The notes: generated from the sequence alone by a model not told the origin. DNA of 64,000 nucleotides from Eledone cirrhosa (GCA_964016885.1 OZ024741.1:282472001-282536000); one strand, 5' to 3'. Shown: positions 13,574 through 26,106, numbered from the stretch's first letter. A program made the numbers and translations.

Positions 13574-13860
13574 TTAGTTGTATAACCATAAGTGGGTTGA
13601 AAATCCACTAGGCGGAAAGGCAGTCCTCGAGTATGGTTTGCTAATTTGTTGTGGAACTAACTATACCAAACTTGTCCTGAGTTGCAATGTCACTGGTGCC
13701 AAACTCTATCAGCATTTGCCTTTCTCTTGGACAACATTGGTGGCATGGAGAGGTAAGACAGGTATGTATGGGTGACTGCTGGTCTTCCACAAAAACACCT
13801 TGCCCAGGTGGGGAAGTTTCTAGGTGCAAATCCCATGGGTCTTTATAGATAACTAATATT

Positions 13861-14051
13861 GTGGATTGGCAGTATCGGTAGAGGGTTGGACGCCATGCTT
13901 TGCAGCAAAGAGTTACGGCCCTTTATGATCTGAGTTCAAATCCCGCTGGGGTTAACTTTGCCTTTCATCCTTACAGGGTCGATAAAATAAAGTACCAGTA
14001 ATGCACTGGGTAATTGCTGACCTTGTGCCAAAAGTAGAAACAATTATCATT
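13861..14051 (+). mobile_element. tRNA-derived SINE family A
   Basis: A and B boxes and body as in 6667-6854. Confidence 0.9.
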
Positions 14052-14360
14052 ATAAATGCATAAAACCTTTGTGTGGCAACAAATTTATCTAATTTTCTAA
14101 AATGAATTCTTATAAATAACCTTTTGTTTTTTAAATTAAGTCAACGTTAAAAAAAAAATGTTTGCTCTGTTTGGAATCTAACAACCAGATAGATTAATAA
14201 TATATTCATAATAGATCTTATGACTGTATTAGGCTGGTTGATTATATCATAAATGACATTCAAAAGTAAAATATTTTCAACAAAAGGATAAAATAAAGCT
14301 AAAAACCAGAATATTTTAAATTCTATTCTCACATTTCTCAAACAAAAACATAACCAAAAC

Positions 14361-14409
<49 letters not shown>

Positions 14410-14566
14410 ATCACTGTTAGTCATATAGCTGAGTTGAATGAGCTATTGTAAAGTATGAGCATGTGGTTTTGGAATTATAGAGACTGTATGGGAAATATTT
14501 GGGGGATAGTCTTTTATTCTTTTACTAGTTTCAGTCATTGGACTGTGGCCAACATGTGTGTGTGTT

Positions 14567-14648
<82 letters not shown>

Positions 14649-15159
14649 TATATTATTTATGTTCATAAATAGAACAAAAGTGCCACCTAAGTTTTCAAAG
14701 CCCAATATAACCATATCTCCAGATTGTAAGAGGGATCCAATTTGTCACCTAATATATCAGCTCTCATCCCAAACTGAGCACTATTATCCTTTTTCACGCC
14801 TACAGATATTTACTATATATATATGCACACACACACATACTAAAGCAAGTGGCTTTTAGAGATGGTTTTCAGGGAAATAGTTTCTAAGAACAGAAACATA
14901 CTAGTTCTACTAAATCTCTTATAAAAGCAAGTTTAAAATTCTTGTTCTTTCTGATCAAAAATAGATGCTGATAATATAATCTGTGAATTTAATTTGAGCT
15001 ATTTTGGTCACCTCATCAGTGTACAAGACTGAATTAGCTATATACATCCCCTTGCCTAATAATCTCCGAGTGCTATAAACAGCCCAAATACTGGTGCTAA
15101 AATCTATAAAATGCAACCAAAGCATCATAAAGCCTACGGAACTGCTCAAGATTCTGCTA

Positions 15160-15265
15160 AAGAAGAGCGTGGGTGACAAAAACTGGGCCCTGAGGTACAC
15201 CAGAGTTGATAGTGTATAATACAGAGAGAGCACTGACAACACACCATAACTGAGCACACTCATAG
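15160..15265 (-). mobile_element. Short non-LTR reverse transcriptase relic (CR1/Jockey-like)
   Basis: Minus strand INSGVPQGPV, then after a 1-nt shift LSPTLF: the RT motif GVPQGSVLSPxLF. Confidence 0.6.
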
Positions 15266-16180
15266 AAAGCTATTTAAGTAAAATTCACAATAAAAAAAAG
15301 AAGAAAAGTTGCAAGCTCTAGCTTAATTCATCAAATATATTTCAATGATGAATGATGGATGATGTTCATCTTTCCTTTTAAAGTTAAAAACTAATGCTTT
15401 CCTTTGTAAAGTAATATCAGAATACATTCACACAAACTATATGATACTAAGAAAGCAATGTTTTTCTCCTATTTTTTGCACTATCCCAAGTTTGCTGTAA
15501 TAAAATAAAAGCAACAGTAATTTCAACTTAAAAACCAATAAAAATGTTTTATAATCAATTATTTTTATTTGAAATATTTCTGGTTTAGAAGAGCTAGACT
15601 ATATCCCCGTGTTGTAAAAAGCAACTAAAATAATTGGTATCAGAAAGAGTATCTGACTGTAAAACATTGCCTCAAAAAGCCCCTTCCAGCCCATGCCAGC
15701 ATGGAATAGCCAACATAAAAATGATGATGATAACGATGATTGATATTGGAGTTCCAGTGAATGTCCTTAGTATTACCACATATAAGTTATGTATTGTCTT
15801 GCAAAGTATCAAAAAGAATTAGATGGTTGACATTATTAAATTACAAGTATTTTTTATTTTATTGACTCCAGGAGGATGAAAGGCAAAGTTGACCTCGGTG
15901 AAATTTGAACTCAGAACGTAAAGAGCTGGAATAAATTCTGAGAAGCATTTCTCTGATGCTCTAACAAATCTTCCAATCCTATCAAAGCAAGAGTATTATT
16001 AAAATAGTTAATTCTCTAGAGTAGGGCTATCTTGTTTTAATCCAAATTAATAACCTTATTTTACATAAGCTATTATGTAACAAATAGAGCTGCTAACCTC
16101 AATTTCATTTATGGAATAAACAGATGATTAAGTCATGTTTACATATGGGTGTTTACATACACATTTCTGGCAACTTTGAG

Positions 16181-16628
16181 TTCATTACCATATTTCTAAT
16201 GAAAGACATTGCCTATGATTTTCAATTAATTTTGAAAATAATCAAAAACTTGGAAGGATTCAGTGATATAACTAACTTTCTCATTAAGTTGGCATTTAAA
16301 ACATAACTGGAAAAACGTTCTTACATAAAATTATGATGGAAGGTATCAACTGAAACCAGCTCGGATTTATGACACAAAACTGCTCACTTTAAAGTGTTTA
16401 TCCTCATATTAAAATCCTTCATCATAATTTTATTTTAGAAATTTTTCCTAAGTAATGTTCTAAATATCAGTTTACTAATGAAAAAAGTATTTTATTAGAT
16501 TTCTCCAAAAGTTTGATTATTTTCAAAAATAATTGATACACATAGGCAGTATATAACATTAAAAATATGGTTAAAACAAACCGTTTTGTGTTGTAAATCC
16601 AGAGACAGTTTGGTATGAAAAGGGTTAA
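16181..16628. mobile_element. AT-rich MITE family (TTAA-flanked, piggyBac-like); two partial copies in opposite orientation
   Basis: CATATTTCTAATGAAAGAC...TTTTGAAAATAATC at 16181-16343 and its reverse complement at ~16416-16570; ends AAAAGGGTTAA. Related copies at 5525-5612 and 18729-18986. Confidence 0.5.
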
Positions 16629-16702
16629 ACTATGTACTGTTTTAGATACTAATTCATAGATAAATGAAAATATAGCAAAATATCAATGGAAAAAATGTAA
16701 TA

Positions 16703-17293
16703 TCGTCTATACTCGTGTAAAAGTCGAATTTTTTTTTTTAGACCATTTTAGACCATTTTTTAAGACCATTTTTTAAGGTTAAATTTATGGAGTCAACTAT
16801 TACATCAATACTACTTTTGGTGGGGCTTGGAATTCAAACTAAAATCCAAAGTACCATACCAGTAGCAGAAGCCCAACTGATCTCTAAACGAATAAAAACA
16901 AAAATACAATGAATTATGGTAATATTACCAATACCAATTCTATGTATCAAAATACACATCCTAGTAAATAACAAAATCCATAATCAAGGTTGCATAGCTC
17001 TTATAAATATTTACAGTTGCTCTTTTACTCGTATCCATGAAGCTTAAACATGTTTAGGTAATATTTTAGTTTCAGACATATATTTGCAATATTATAAATT
17101 TGCCTTAAATTCATGACGATTTTGTAAGTCTTATTTCTACATACAGGATACCTTGACACACAAATGTTGACCTGTTATCTGTGAAATACTAAAGTCAACT
17201 TCTATAGGAGGTCTATGCAAAATTCCTGATTTTTAGGCCAAAAATAGGGTGTTAACTTTTACATGAGATCGACTATTACTTAAGTATATGCAG
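16703..17293. mobile_element. Tc2/pogo-like non-autonomous DNA transposon
   Basis: TA-flanked TIRs TCGTCTATACTCGTGTAAAAGTCGA / TCGACTATTACTTAAGTATATGCAG; homologous to 63021-63408. Confidence 0.75.
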
Positions 17294-18728
17294 TAGATAT
17301 ATATCAAATAATATATGTTTTTTATTTCAATACAAATAAGTCCATCCGGCCTCCAGGAAGCACATGATGGTGTGTATTCTCACTGATGACTCAACCAATA
17401 CGTTTCAAAATCTAAGAATTCAAAATATGTAAAATCTTAATATGATTTATTTAGTTTAGAGAGCTAGCTTAGGAGACTGTGCTTGTGGCTGCCAAAGTTA
17501 AGTAGTTTATTAATTATTTTTTTAAATATATTTTTCCTGGGTTCTCTTCGCTTTAAATATACACATACACACACATATATCTATATATACACACACAAAC
17601 ATATATCTATAATGATGGGCTTCACCAGTTTCCATCTACCAATTCCATTTCACTCAGTGATCAACCCAAGATTATAGTAAAAGAAACTTGCTAAATGTGC
17701 TATATATGTAGTCACAAAGTTGGTAGACTGTTGAAAGCCAGATTAGTGAATACTAACAAATAACATTGTACAACCAGTGCTAACAGGTCTTCTCTGGTTA
17801 CTTTTTACTTTACTGTTATTCTTTCAAGCAGTCAATAAAAGAAGTAGCAGTAATATAATAGGGTTGGCAGAATTGGTACAGCATCAGACAAAATGCCATT
17901 ATAGTATTTGTTTTAACTCTTTATATTCTCAGTTCAAATTTCACCAAGGTCAACTTTGCTTTTCATCCCATTGGGGATTAACAAAATAAAGTACCATTCA
18001 AGTACTGGGATTGATTTAATTATCTTTACCCCTCCCCTGAAATTTAAAAATCAATATAATGAGGTTCATTTGAATTCTCTACATTTTTTCCTGGCACAAA
18101 GAAACCAATATTAACAATATGCTTAATATTTCTACTCTGGTTCACAGAAACAATGGCATGTGTATTCAGTTTAGAATAGGTACTCTGTATCCCTCCATGT
18201 CATAAGAGGCAACTAAAAGGGTTGATGCTATGACGGACATCTGGTTTTAAAACCTTGTTTTAAATGACCCTGTGTTGTCACTATCGGAGAAAACGGCCTT
18301 AAAATGCTTGAAGATTATTTTTAACATTAACAACTGCAAAACAGGTGTAATTCTGTAATAATGAAATTGACAGGGTATAAAAGAAAATTGCAATGAAAAA
18401 TTCATTACAATGAGATAGTAAAAAAAAAAATTCATAACAAGACTTTATTCATGCAGTACACAAGAATAGAGACAGTTATTTGGTTTTGTGTGGAATTATT
18501 TTACCCCATATAATGTTCTTATTGAACATTTAAAAAAAGTTTTCAGAATTTTATATTTTGAATATCAGAGATTCAGGATATCATTAAAAAAAATTCATAA
18601 ATATAAAAAATATTTTCGCCTTTTTTTTTAAAATCAGAAACTGATTAGGGTTAGGGGAATTACAGCAGCAGTCCTTTAAAATTATGATTTAAAATCAGAG
18701 ATGACTGGATAAATGATTAGATTCATAT

Positions 18729-18986
18729 TTAACTCTTTCATTACCTTATTTCTAATGAAAGTCACAGCTTATGGGTTTCTAAATGGTTTTGAAAATAATC
18801 AAGATTTTGATGAAATTTAGTAATATAAATTTTCTCCTTATTTAACTAGTGTTTGGTACATAACAAAAGTTCTTACATAAAATTATTATGGAAGGTTTTT
18901 AGATAAATATAATCACTTTAAAACAAATAGCATATTACCATTGAATAAAAGGTGGTTTCAGGCAGTTTGATAGTAAAAGGGTTCAA
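18729..18986. mobile_element. TTAA-flanked piggyBac-like MITE
   Basis: Starts TTAACTCTTTCATTACC, ends AGTAAAAGGGTTCAA; body shared with 16181-16343. Confidence 0.55.
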
Positions 18987-19653
18987 AATAAGGAAAGTAA
19001 TGAGAATTCTACAATGAAAGAATTTTTTATTTTGTTATTTCAATTTCAATTTATCTAAAATAATAAATAATGTGAATTTTTGTGTGTCCACTTTCCAGTT
19101 TCAGCAAATGTGACTATTGCTCTTGATTATTAAAGTAAATATACCACAAAACAGGTAGTGCACACACAAGCAAAACCTTGCCCATAAGGTGGTATACACA
19201 CTAACACACAGCAAAAGCCTGACTGAAGGTTGGTATATACACACACACACCAGCAAAAACCTGCCCAGAGGGTAGTATTTCTGCTAGTGAAGGACAAAAT
19301 GTTATCACAAATGCAAACAAATATATTTATTTACTTCAAATACTCCAATAACCAATAAAAAATAGACAGTTAACGGAACTTAGGAACATTCAGTATCAAA
19401 AACATAATCATTAACTTCAGATTGAGTCAATTAGGCATTATGACTCAACAGGAAATCTTCAATTCCGGTTAAATGTTGAAACATGGAATTTGACTTCAGA
19501 GCAGGAAACCAATACACCTGTTTCAGCTTCTTTTTCTACATCTTCATTTATTTCTGATTTTTAAAAACTTTTGTCTATACACCTGTCATTTAACTTATGT
19601 CATACTAACACACAATCAATCCTCCACAGTAACAAACATCTCAAAGTTTAGAC

Positions 19654-19819
19654 CAGACATGGGTAAACTGCTGCCTGTAAGCCACATGTGGACCATTTGG
19701 CTTTCTGAATGGCATGCCTAATTTCAAAATTAGCCTTAAATTTTTTTAGTAGTGTGGTCCACCTTATGATGACCTACATCCTATGCAGCCCACAACTTGA
19801 AAAAGGTTTCCTGTGCCTG
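19654..19819. mobile_element. hAT (Charlie-like) MITE
   Basis: TIRs CAGACATGGGTAAACT / AGGTTTCCTGTGCCTG; degenerate 8-bp TSD GTTTAGAC / GTTAAGAT. Confidence 0.65.
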
Positions 19820-20015
19820 GTTAAGATACTGTGAAAAATCTTTCCTAAAACTGACTTCAACTGCTGAATTTCTTCATTTTCATTTTCTTCCAAACCTACT
19901 TCATCACATTATGCACACAAATCTAAGCAGACCGTATGAATATCGACACATAACTACACTAACATACATGTATACAAGTGAACTTATTGACTGTGAACCC
20001 TAAAGCATTAATATA

Positions 20016-20462
20016 ATTGTTTCTAAATTAGGCACAAGGCCAGCAGTTTGGGGATAAGGGAAAAGTCTATTAAATCTATCCCAGTACTTGAATGGTACTT
20101 TATTTTGTCAACTTAAGAAGGATGAAGGGCAGAGTTGACCTCGGCAGGATTTGAACTTAGCGAACTCCACTAATAGATATTCTATTCAAAGTTCTAGTCA
20201 CTTTATCAATTCACCAACCTCATAGCATTAAATTAATATAATGTTAATGAAAAAGAGTGTTGGATTGGTAGAATCAGTAGAGTGTCAGCTAAAATGTCAT
20301 CGAGGTATTGCGTACTGAATTCAAATCTTGCTGAGGTCAATTTTGCCTTTCATCATTACAAGGTTGATAAAATAAAGTAGCAGTCAAGTTACTGGGGTTG
20401 ATTTAATCAACTTTGCCCCTCCTCCAAATTTGCTGGCCTTGTGACAAAATCAGAAATCAATA
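20016..20462. mobile_element. Two divergent SINE family A copies (minus at 20016-20220, plus at 20261-20462)
   Basis: Both carry the family A body; arranged head to head. Confidence 0.8.
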
Positions 20463-21869
20463 TAATGTTATTTTCTCTTATGATATGTTCTATATTCTTC
20501 TGATGTTCTTGTGACTCATTCACATGGATTCATTGTACACCAGGGCTATTAATAAATATGTTAGAGCCAACTCTGTCTTCTCCCATTACACACTTGATGT
20601 TAATTCACTTCTTGAGTAATTGCCTTTCTAACGTAATTAATTAGTGATTATCCAAAACGATCATCAAATAATTAACTACCAAATGGTGACACCCAGCATT
20701 TGAGTTAATATCATTGCAAAAATGGTAATTACTAAAGATGTATGAAATGTTAGAAAAATTCAAAAATCATTTAACCATTTTATTTCTACAAAGTTCTGAG
20801 CAGTAAAGATAACAATCTGACACATTTTGCTTCTCTTAACATCCTGTAATGATTTAGTAAAAAATATCTAAAAACAGGTTTGTTAATTCAAATGTTTATA
20901 GTATCTTTGCTAGTCAACAGGTTTCTGTGAAACTTTACAGTATTGCTTCTTAACATCCTGCAATGATTTAGCAGAAAATATTTAAAAACAGGTTTGTTGA
21001 TTCAAATGTTTATAGTATTGTTACTGGTCGATGGACTGTTGTGAACATTTGCAGTATTAGAGTAAATACTAATTTTTAATGTGATGCAGTCATAGTGCTA
21101 TATTGTACTTCTCAAGAACGTCTTACTAATGTGGTTTCATGTTATCCTGGATGTTAAAAATTAATGACTCAATGATGATGTCAAAAATTTGTCCTTGTGG
21201 GAGTAGATTATGAACTTAAAATCTATGTGCTGGTGGTTTCATCCTTATGCATACTATGTGTAGGTAAATTTATCCATTGTCATTTTGCTTCTTTCTAGAA
21301 ATAAGATGAAACTAGTTAGAATTGACTTCAGTTTTTTTCTCTATCATGGATAACTTAAAGATAAGTTATGAAGTCAGTAAAAGTTCTTTAGATGAATACA
21401 TTAGTATATAGCACACTTGACATACAATGTTCAATGCTAGACAGTATAGATAGCAGCATTTGTAATGTTTCCAATTTAGAGCTTTATTATTCAGTAAGAG
21501 TTTATTAATAGCTATGGTGTATGGCAAATCCATGTCAATGAGTATCACAAGAGCATCAGATGGATGTAGAACATATTACAACAGGATACTTGATGTCAAA
21601 AGTATAATACTGGCCATGTGTTTCCAGTTTATAATAGTGCAATCCAGCTGCAAAACACTGCCTCAAAAAGTCCCAGCTAACCCATACCAGCAAGGAAAAG
21701 TGACATGCTGATGGTGACTGGACTGTATGAATACCAGCATTTGAATCTTTTCAAACATAGGTAGAACGAAGAGCTACAAACAGTATCTCATCAAAAACAT
21801 GAAAAATTTGGGTGTGCGCAATATACTAGATGTCCATGATAATGTGGCAATATCTGTTTGCTGCAATAA

Positions 21870-22086
21870 AGATTTCTAGTATAGGCACAGGGCCAGTAAT
21901 ATGGGGTGAGGGGAAAGTCAATTAAATCGACCCCAGTACGTTACTGGTGCTTTATTTTATCGACCCCGTAAGGATGAAAGGAAAAGTTAACCTCGGCGGG
22001 ATTTGAACTCAGACCATAAAGGACTGTATCTCTATGCTGCAAAGCATGGTGTCTGACCCTCTACTGATATTGCCAATCCACCGCCT
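21870..22086 (-). mobile_element. tRNA-derived SINE family A with target-site duplication
   Basis: Full element flanked by a 15-bp TSD TGTTTGCTGCAATAA (21855-21869) / TGTTTACTGCAATAA (22087-22101). Confidence 0.9.
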
Positions 22087-22272
22087 TGTTTACTGCAATA
22101 ATACTGGTAAGGTGAGATTTGTAAAAGGTATGTTTCTCTAAATAAAGTTGGGTGTGTAATGTATCAGAAATATAATAGGTTTAATGAGTATATATATTTT
22201 TTTTACTTTAATATATTTCATTTTCCTGTCCTTCATTATGAATTCTGTATATTTGAGTAGTTAGACCACTTT

Positions 22273-22308
<36 letters not shown>

Positions 22309-22523
22309 TAAGTTAAAGTGTACATCTACATATGTATACGGAAGTATTAGTATGCATATAAATACACACATGTATACATATGTACATGTACTCAGCTTTT
22401 CACTAGACACTTTACAGTGAGTGTCAGCTAGTCTGTATGTAACCACACAGGCGGACCGGGTTTTAGAGTCATACGAGTTTTCAAGGAAACACATTTCCTC
22501 TATTCTCCAGAGGGCCAGACAGG

Positions 22524-22568
22524 AATATTGGACTAGTTTCGATGTTATTACATCTCATCAGCAATATT
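22524..22568 (-). ncRNA. Type I hammerhead ribozyme at the inversion junction
   Basis: Minus strand AATATTG-CTGATGA-GATGT-AATA-ACATC-GAAAC-TA-GTC-CAATATT. Confidence 0.85.
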
Positions 22569-22992
22569 CCTGTCTGGCCCTCTGGTGAATAGAGGAAATG
22601 TGTTTCCTTGAAAACTCGTATGACTCTAAAACCCGGTCCGCCTGTGTGGTTACATACAGACTAGCTGACACTCACTGTAAAGTGTCTAGTGAAAAGCTGA
22701 GTACATGTACATATGTATACATGTGTGTATTTATATGCATACTAATACTTCCGTATACATATGTAGATGTACACTTTAACTTAATTGTTTAAGCGTCAGT
22801 CATACAAAAGTGAGTTAGAAGCGAAACGAAATTTAATTTCGTTTCGTTATTTGTTTTTATCGTTTCCGCTGAACCGGTGCGTACAATGACTCACGTTCTA
22901 TGCAAATTAGTCTACCCACTACTAATTTTCATAGAAAAAGCATAAAACGATATGTGCTTTTACAATTCTCCAGAGAAGCCGGAAGATGGGTA

Positions 22993-23037
22993 AATGTTGC
23001 TGATGAGATGTAATAACATCGAAACTAGTCCAATATT
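22993..23037 (+). ncRNA. Type I hammerhead ribozyme (copy 1); predicted cleavage after C23030
   Basis: Stem I AATGTTG/CAATATT, core CTGATGA, stem II GATGT/ACATC, GAAA, minimal palindromic stem III ACTAGT, GUC triplet. Confidence 0.92.
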
Positions 23038-23461
23038 CCTGTCTGGCCCTCTGGTGAATAGAGGAAATGTGTTTCCTTGAAAACTCGTATGACTCTAAAA
23101 CCCGGTCCGCCTGTGTGGTTACATACAGACTAGCTGACACTCACTGTAAAGTGTCTAGTGAAAAGCTGAGTACATGTACATATGTATACATGTGTGTATT
23201 TATATGCATACTAATACTTCCGTATACATATGTAGATGTACACTTTAACTTAATTGTTTAAGCGTCAGTCATACAAAAGTGAGTTAGAAGCTAAACGAAA
23301 TTTAATTTCGTTTCGTTATTTGTTTTTATCGTTTCCGCTGAACCGGTGCGTACAATGACTCACGTTCTATGCAAATTAGTCTACCCACTACTAATTTTCA
23401 TAGAAAAAGCATATAACGATATGTGCTTTTACAATTCTCCAGAGAAGCCGGAAGATGGGTA

Positions 23462-23506
23462 AATGTTGCTGATGAGATGTAATAACATCGAAACTAGTCC
23501 AATATT
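23462..23506 (+). ncRNA. Type I hammerhead ribozyme (copy 2); cleavage after C23499
   Basis: Identical to copy 1, offset +469. Confidence 0.92.
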
Positions 23507-23930
23507 CCTGTCTGGCCCTCTGGTGAATAGAGGAAATGTGTTTCCTTGAAAACTCGTATGACTCTAAAACCCGGTCCGCCTGTGTGGTTACATACAGACT
23601 AGCTGACACTCACTGTAAAGTGTCTAGTGAAAAGCTGAGTACAAGTACATATGTATACATGTGTGTATTTATATGCATACTAATACTTCCGTATACATAT
23701 GTAGATGTACACTTTAACTTAATTGTTTAAGCGTCAGTCATACAAAAGTGAGTTAGAAGCTAAACGAAATTTAATTTCGTTTCGTTATTTCTTTTTATCG
23801 TTTCCGCTGAACCGGTGCGTACAATGACTCACGTTCTATGCAAATTAGTCTACCCACTACTAATTTTCATAGAAAAAGCATATAACGATATGTGCTTTTA
23901 CAATTCTCCAGAGAAGCCGGAAGATGGGTA

Positions 23931-23975
23931 AATGTTGCTGATGAGATGTAATAACATCGAAACTAGTCCAATATT
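23931..23975 (+). ncRNA. Type I hammerhead ribozyme (copy 3); cleavage after C23968
   Basis: Identical to copy 1, offset +938. Confidence 0.92.
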
Positions 23976-24260
23976 CCTGTCTGGCCCTCTGGAGAATAGA
24001 GGAAATGTGTTTCCTTGAAAACTCGTAAGACTCTAAAACCCGGTCCGCCTGTGTGGTTACATACAGACTAGCTGACACTCACTGTAAAGTGTCTAGTGAA
24101 AAGCTGAGTACATGTACGTATGTATACATGTGTGTATTTATATGCATACTAATACTTCCGTATACATATGTAGATGTACACTTTAACTTAATTGTTTAAG
24201 CGTCAGTCATACAAAAGTGAGTTAGAAGCGAAACAAAATTTAATTTCGTTTCGTTATTTG

Positions 24261-24314
<54 letters not shown>

Positions 24315-24364
24315 ATTATATATATATATATATATATATTAATATTATATATATATATATTATA

Positions 24365-24411
<47 letters not shown>

Positions 24412-24471
24412 TATGTATATATATAATATATATATATATATTATATATATATATATATATTATTATATATA

Positions 24472-24582
24472 TCAAATCCCGCCGAGGTTTACTTTGCCTT
24501 TCATCCTTACGGGGTCGATAAAATAGAGTACCAGTAATGTACTGGAATAATTGCTGGCCTTGTGCCAAAAGTAGAAACAATT
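24472..24582 (+). mobile_element. 5'-truncated SINE family A in (TA)n
   Basis: TCAAATCCCGCCGAGG...GTAGAAACAATT. Confidence 0.9.
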
Positions 24583-24606
24583 ATATATATATATATATTA
24601 TATATA

Positions 24607-24649
<43 letters not shown>

Positions 24650-24685
24650 TATATTATATATATTATATATATATTATATATATAT

Positions 24686-24718
<33 letters not shown>

Positions 24719-24735
24719 ATATATATTATATATAT

Positions 24736-24768
<33 letters not shown>

Positions 24769-24918
24769 ATATATATATTATATATATATATTATATATAT
24801 ATTATATATATATATTATATATATATTATATATATATTATATATATATTATATATATATTATATATATTATATATATATTATATATATATATATATATAT
24901 TATATATATTATATATAT

Positions 24919-24951
<33 letters not shown>

Positions 24952-24981
24952 ATATATATTATATATATATTATATATATAT

Positions 24982-25013
<32 letters not shown>

Positions 25014-25043
25014 ATATTATATATATATATATTATATATATAT

Positions 25044-25074
<31 letters not shown>

Positions 25075-25151
25075 ATATATTATATATATATTATATATAT
25101 ATATATATTATATATATATATATTATATATATATTATATATATATATATAT

Positions 25152-25182
<31 letters not shown>

Positions 25183-25220
25183 ATATATATATATATATTA
25201 TATATATATATATATATATA

Positions 25221-25836
25221 TTAGGGATCAGATGTTGTTTACTCGAGAGAAGGCTACGTTGGTATGGACACGTGATGCGCATGAAGTTGATAGCTGTATA
25301 ACAAAGTGCAGGGCAATAAAGATAGACGGTAGTCACGAATAGGCAGACCTAGAAAAACCTGGGACGAGCTGATAAACTCCGACATCACACACTTACACCT
25401 CTCCAAGACAATGTCACTGGACCGAGACCTTTGGCGGTACTCAGTAACAGAGAAGACCCGCCTTACCTAAATATATAGTAAAACCTACTCCAGCCAGTAG
25501 GCATCTCTAACAAAATACACCCCATCCACACCACCCCGTTCTATGTAAAGTTATGTTGGTGCCGCGCCATCGAGGCCGAAACAAATGAGATCGTGTAGCT
25601 GTCACGACAAAAAAAACACACAGTCCACGCTGTAATGTGGCCGTGTAGGCAACACGGTAAAAACCTCCCAGACCCACACTGTAAATGTGGTTGGTGTTAG
25701 GAAGGGCATCCAACTGTAGAAAACCTGCCAGACAGTCCTATGCGAGCAAGACAATCACTCTTGCCTCAAGTGGGACTACCCCCGTCCAAACCCATGCAAG
25801 CGTGGAACACGGACGTTAAACGTTGATGATGATGAT
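25221..25836 (+). mobile_element. 5'-truncated RTE LINE (ORF end plus 3' UTR)
   Basis: LGIRCCLLERRLRWYGHVMRMK...GRPRKTWDELI; close relative of 54706-55320; (GAT)n tail. Confidence 0.92.
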
Positions 25837-25867
<31 letters not shown>

Positions 25868-25910
25868 ATATATATATTATATATATATTATATATATATA
25901 TTATATATAT

Positions 25911-25975
<65 letters not shown>

Positions 25976-26061
25976 ATATATATAATATATATTATATATA
26001 TATATATATTATATATATATATTATATATATATTATATATATAATATATATTATATATATA

Positions 26062-26106
<45 letters not shown>

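Larger units (their letters stand above)
22304..24267 (+). mobile_element. Hammerhead-containing 469-bp tandem element (non-LTR retrozyme / Penelope pLTR-like) with 5' inverted segment, inserted in (TA)n
   Basis: About 3.6 near-identical direct units starting at 22562, 23031, 23500 and 23969; inverted partial unit at 22304-22561; (TA)n on both flanks; no coding capacity. Confidence 0.9.

Noticed and set aside
14955-15263. 102-aa hydrophobic ORF
   Set aside because: Overlaps a frameshifted RT motif (GVPQG..LSPTLF); a LINE relic.
20828-21050. ~116-bp local direct duplication (also a 40-bp one at 12623-12701 and ~45-bp x3 at 19150-19280)
   Set aside because: Ordinary local slippage duplications with no further signal.
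21761-22106. Apparent plus-strand exon interrupted by a SINE
   Set aside because: Another frame reads VERRAT, like the CR1/L2 'VQRRAT' motif; more likely a decayed LINE.
22261-24078. Repeated 64-77-aa ORFs in the 469-bp array; possible CRISPR-like array
   Set aside because: The ORFs recur only because the unit repeats and have no recognisable domain; there are no unique spacers or cas genes, and the DNA is eukaryotic.
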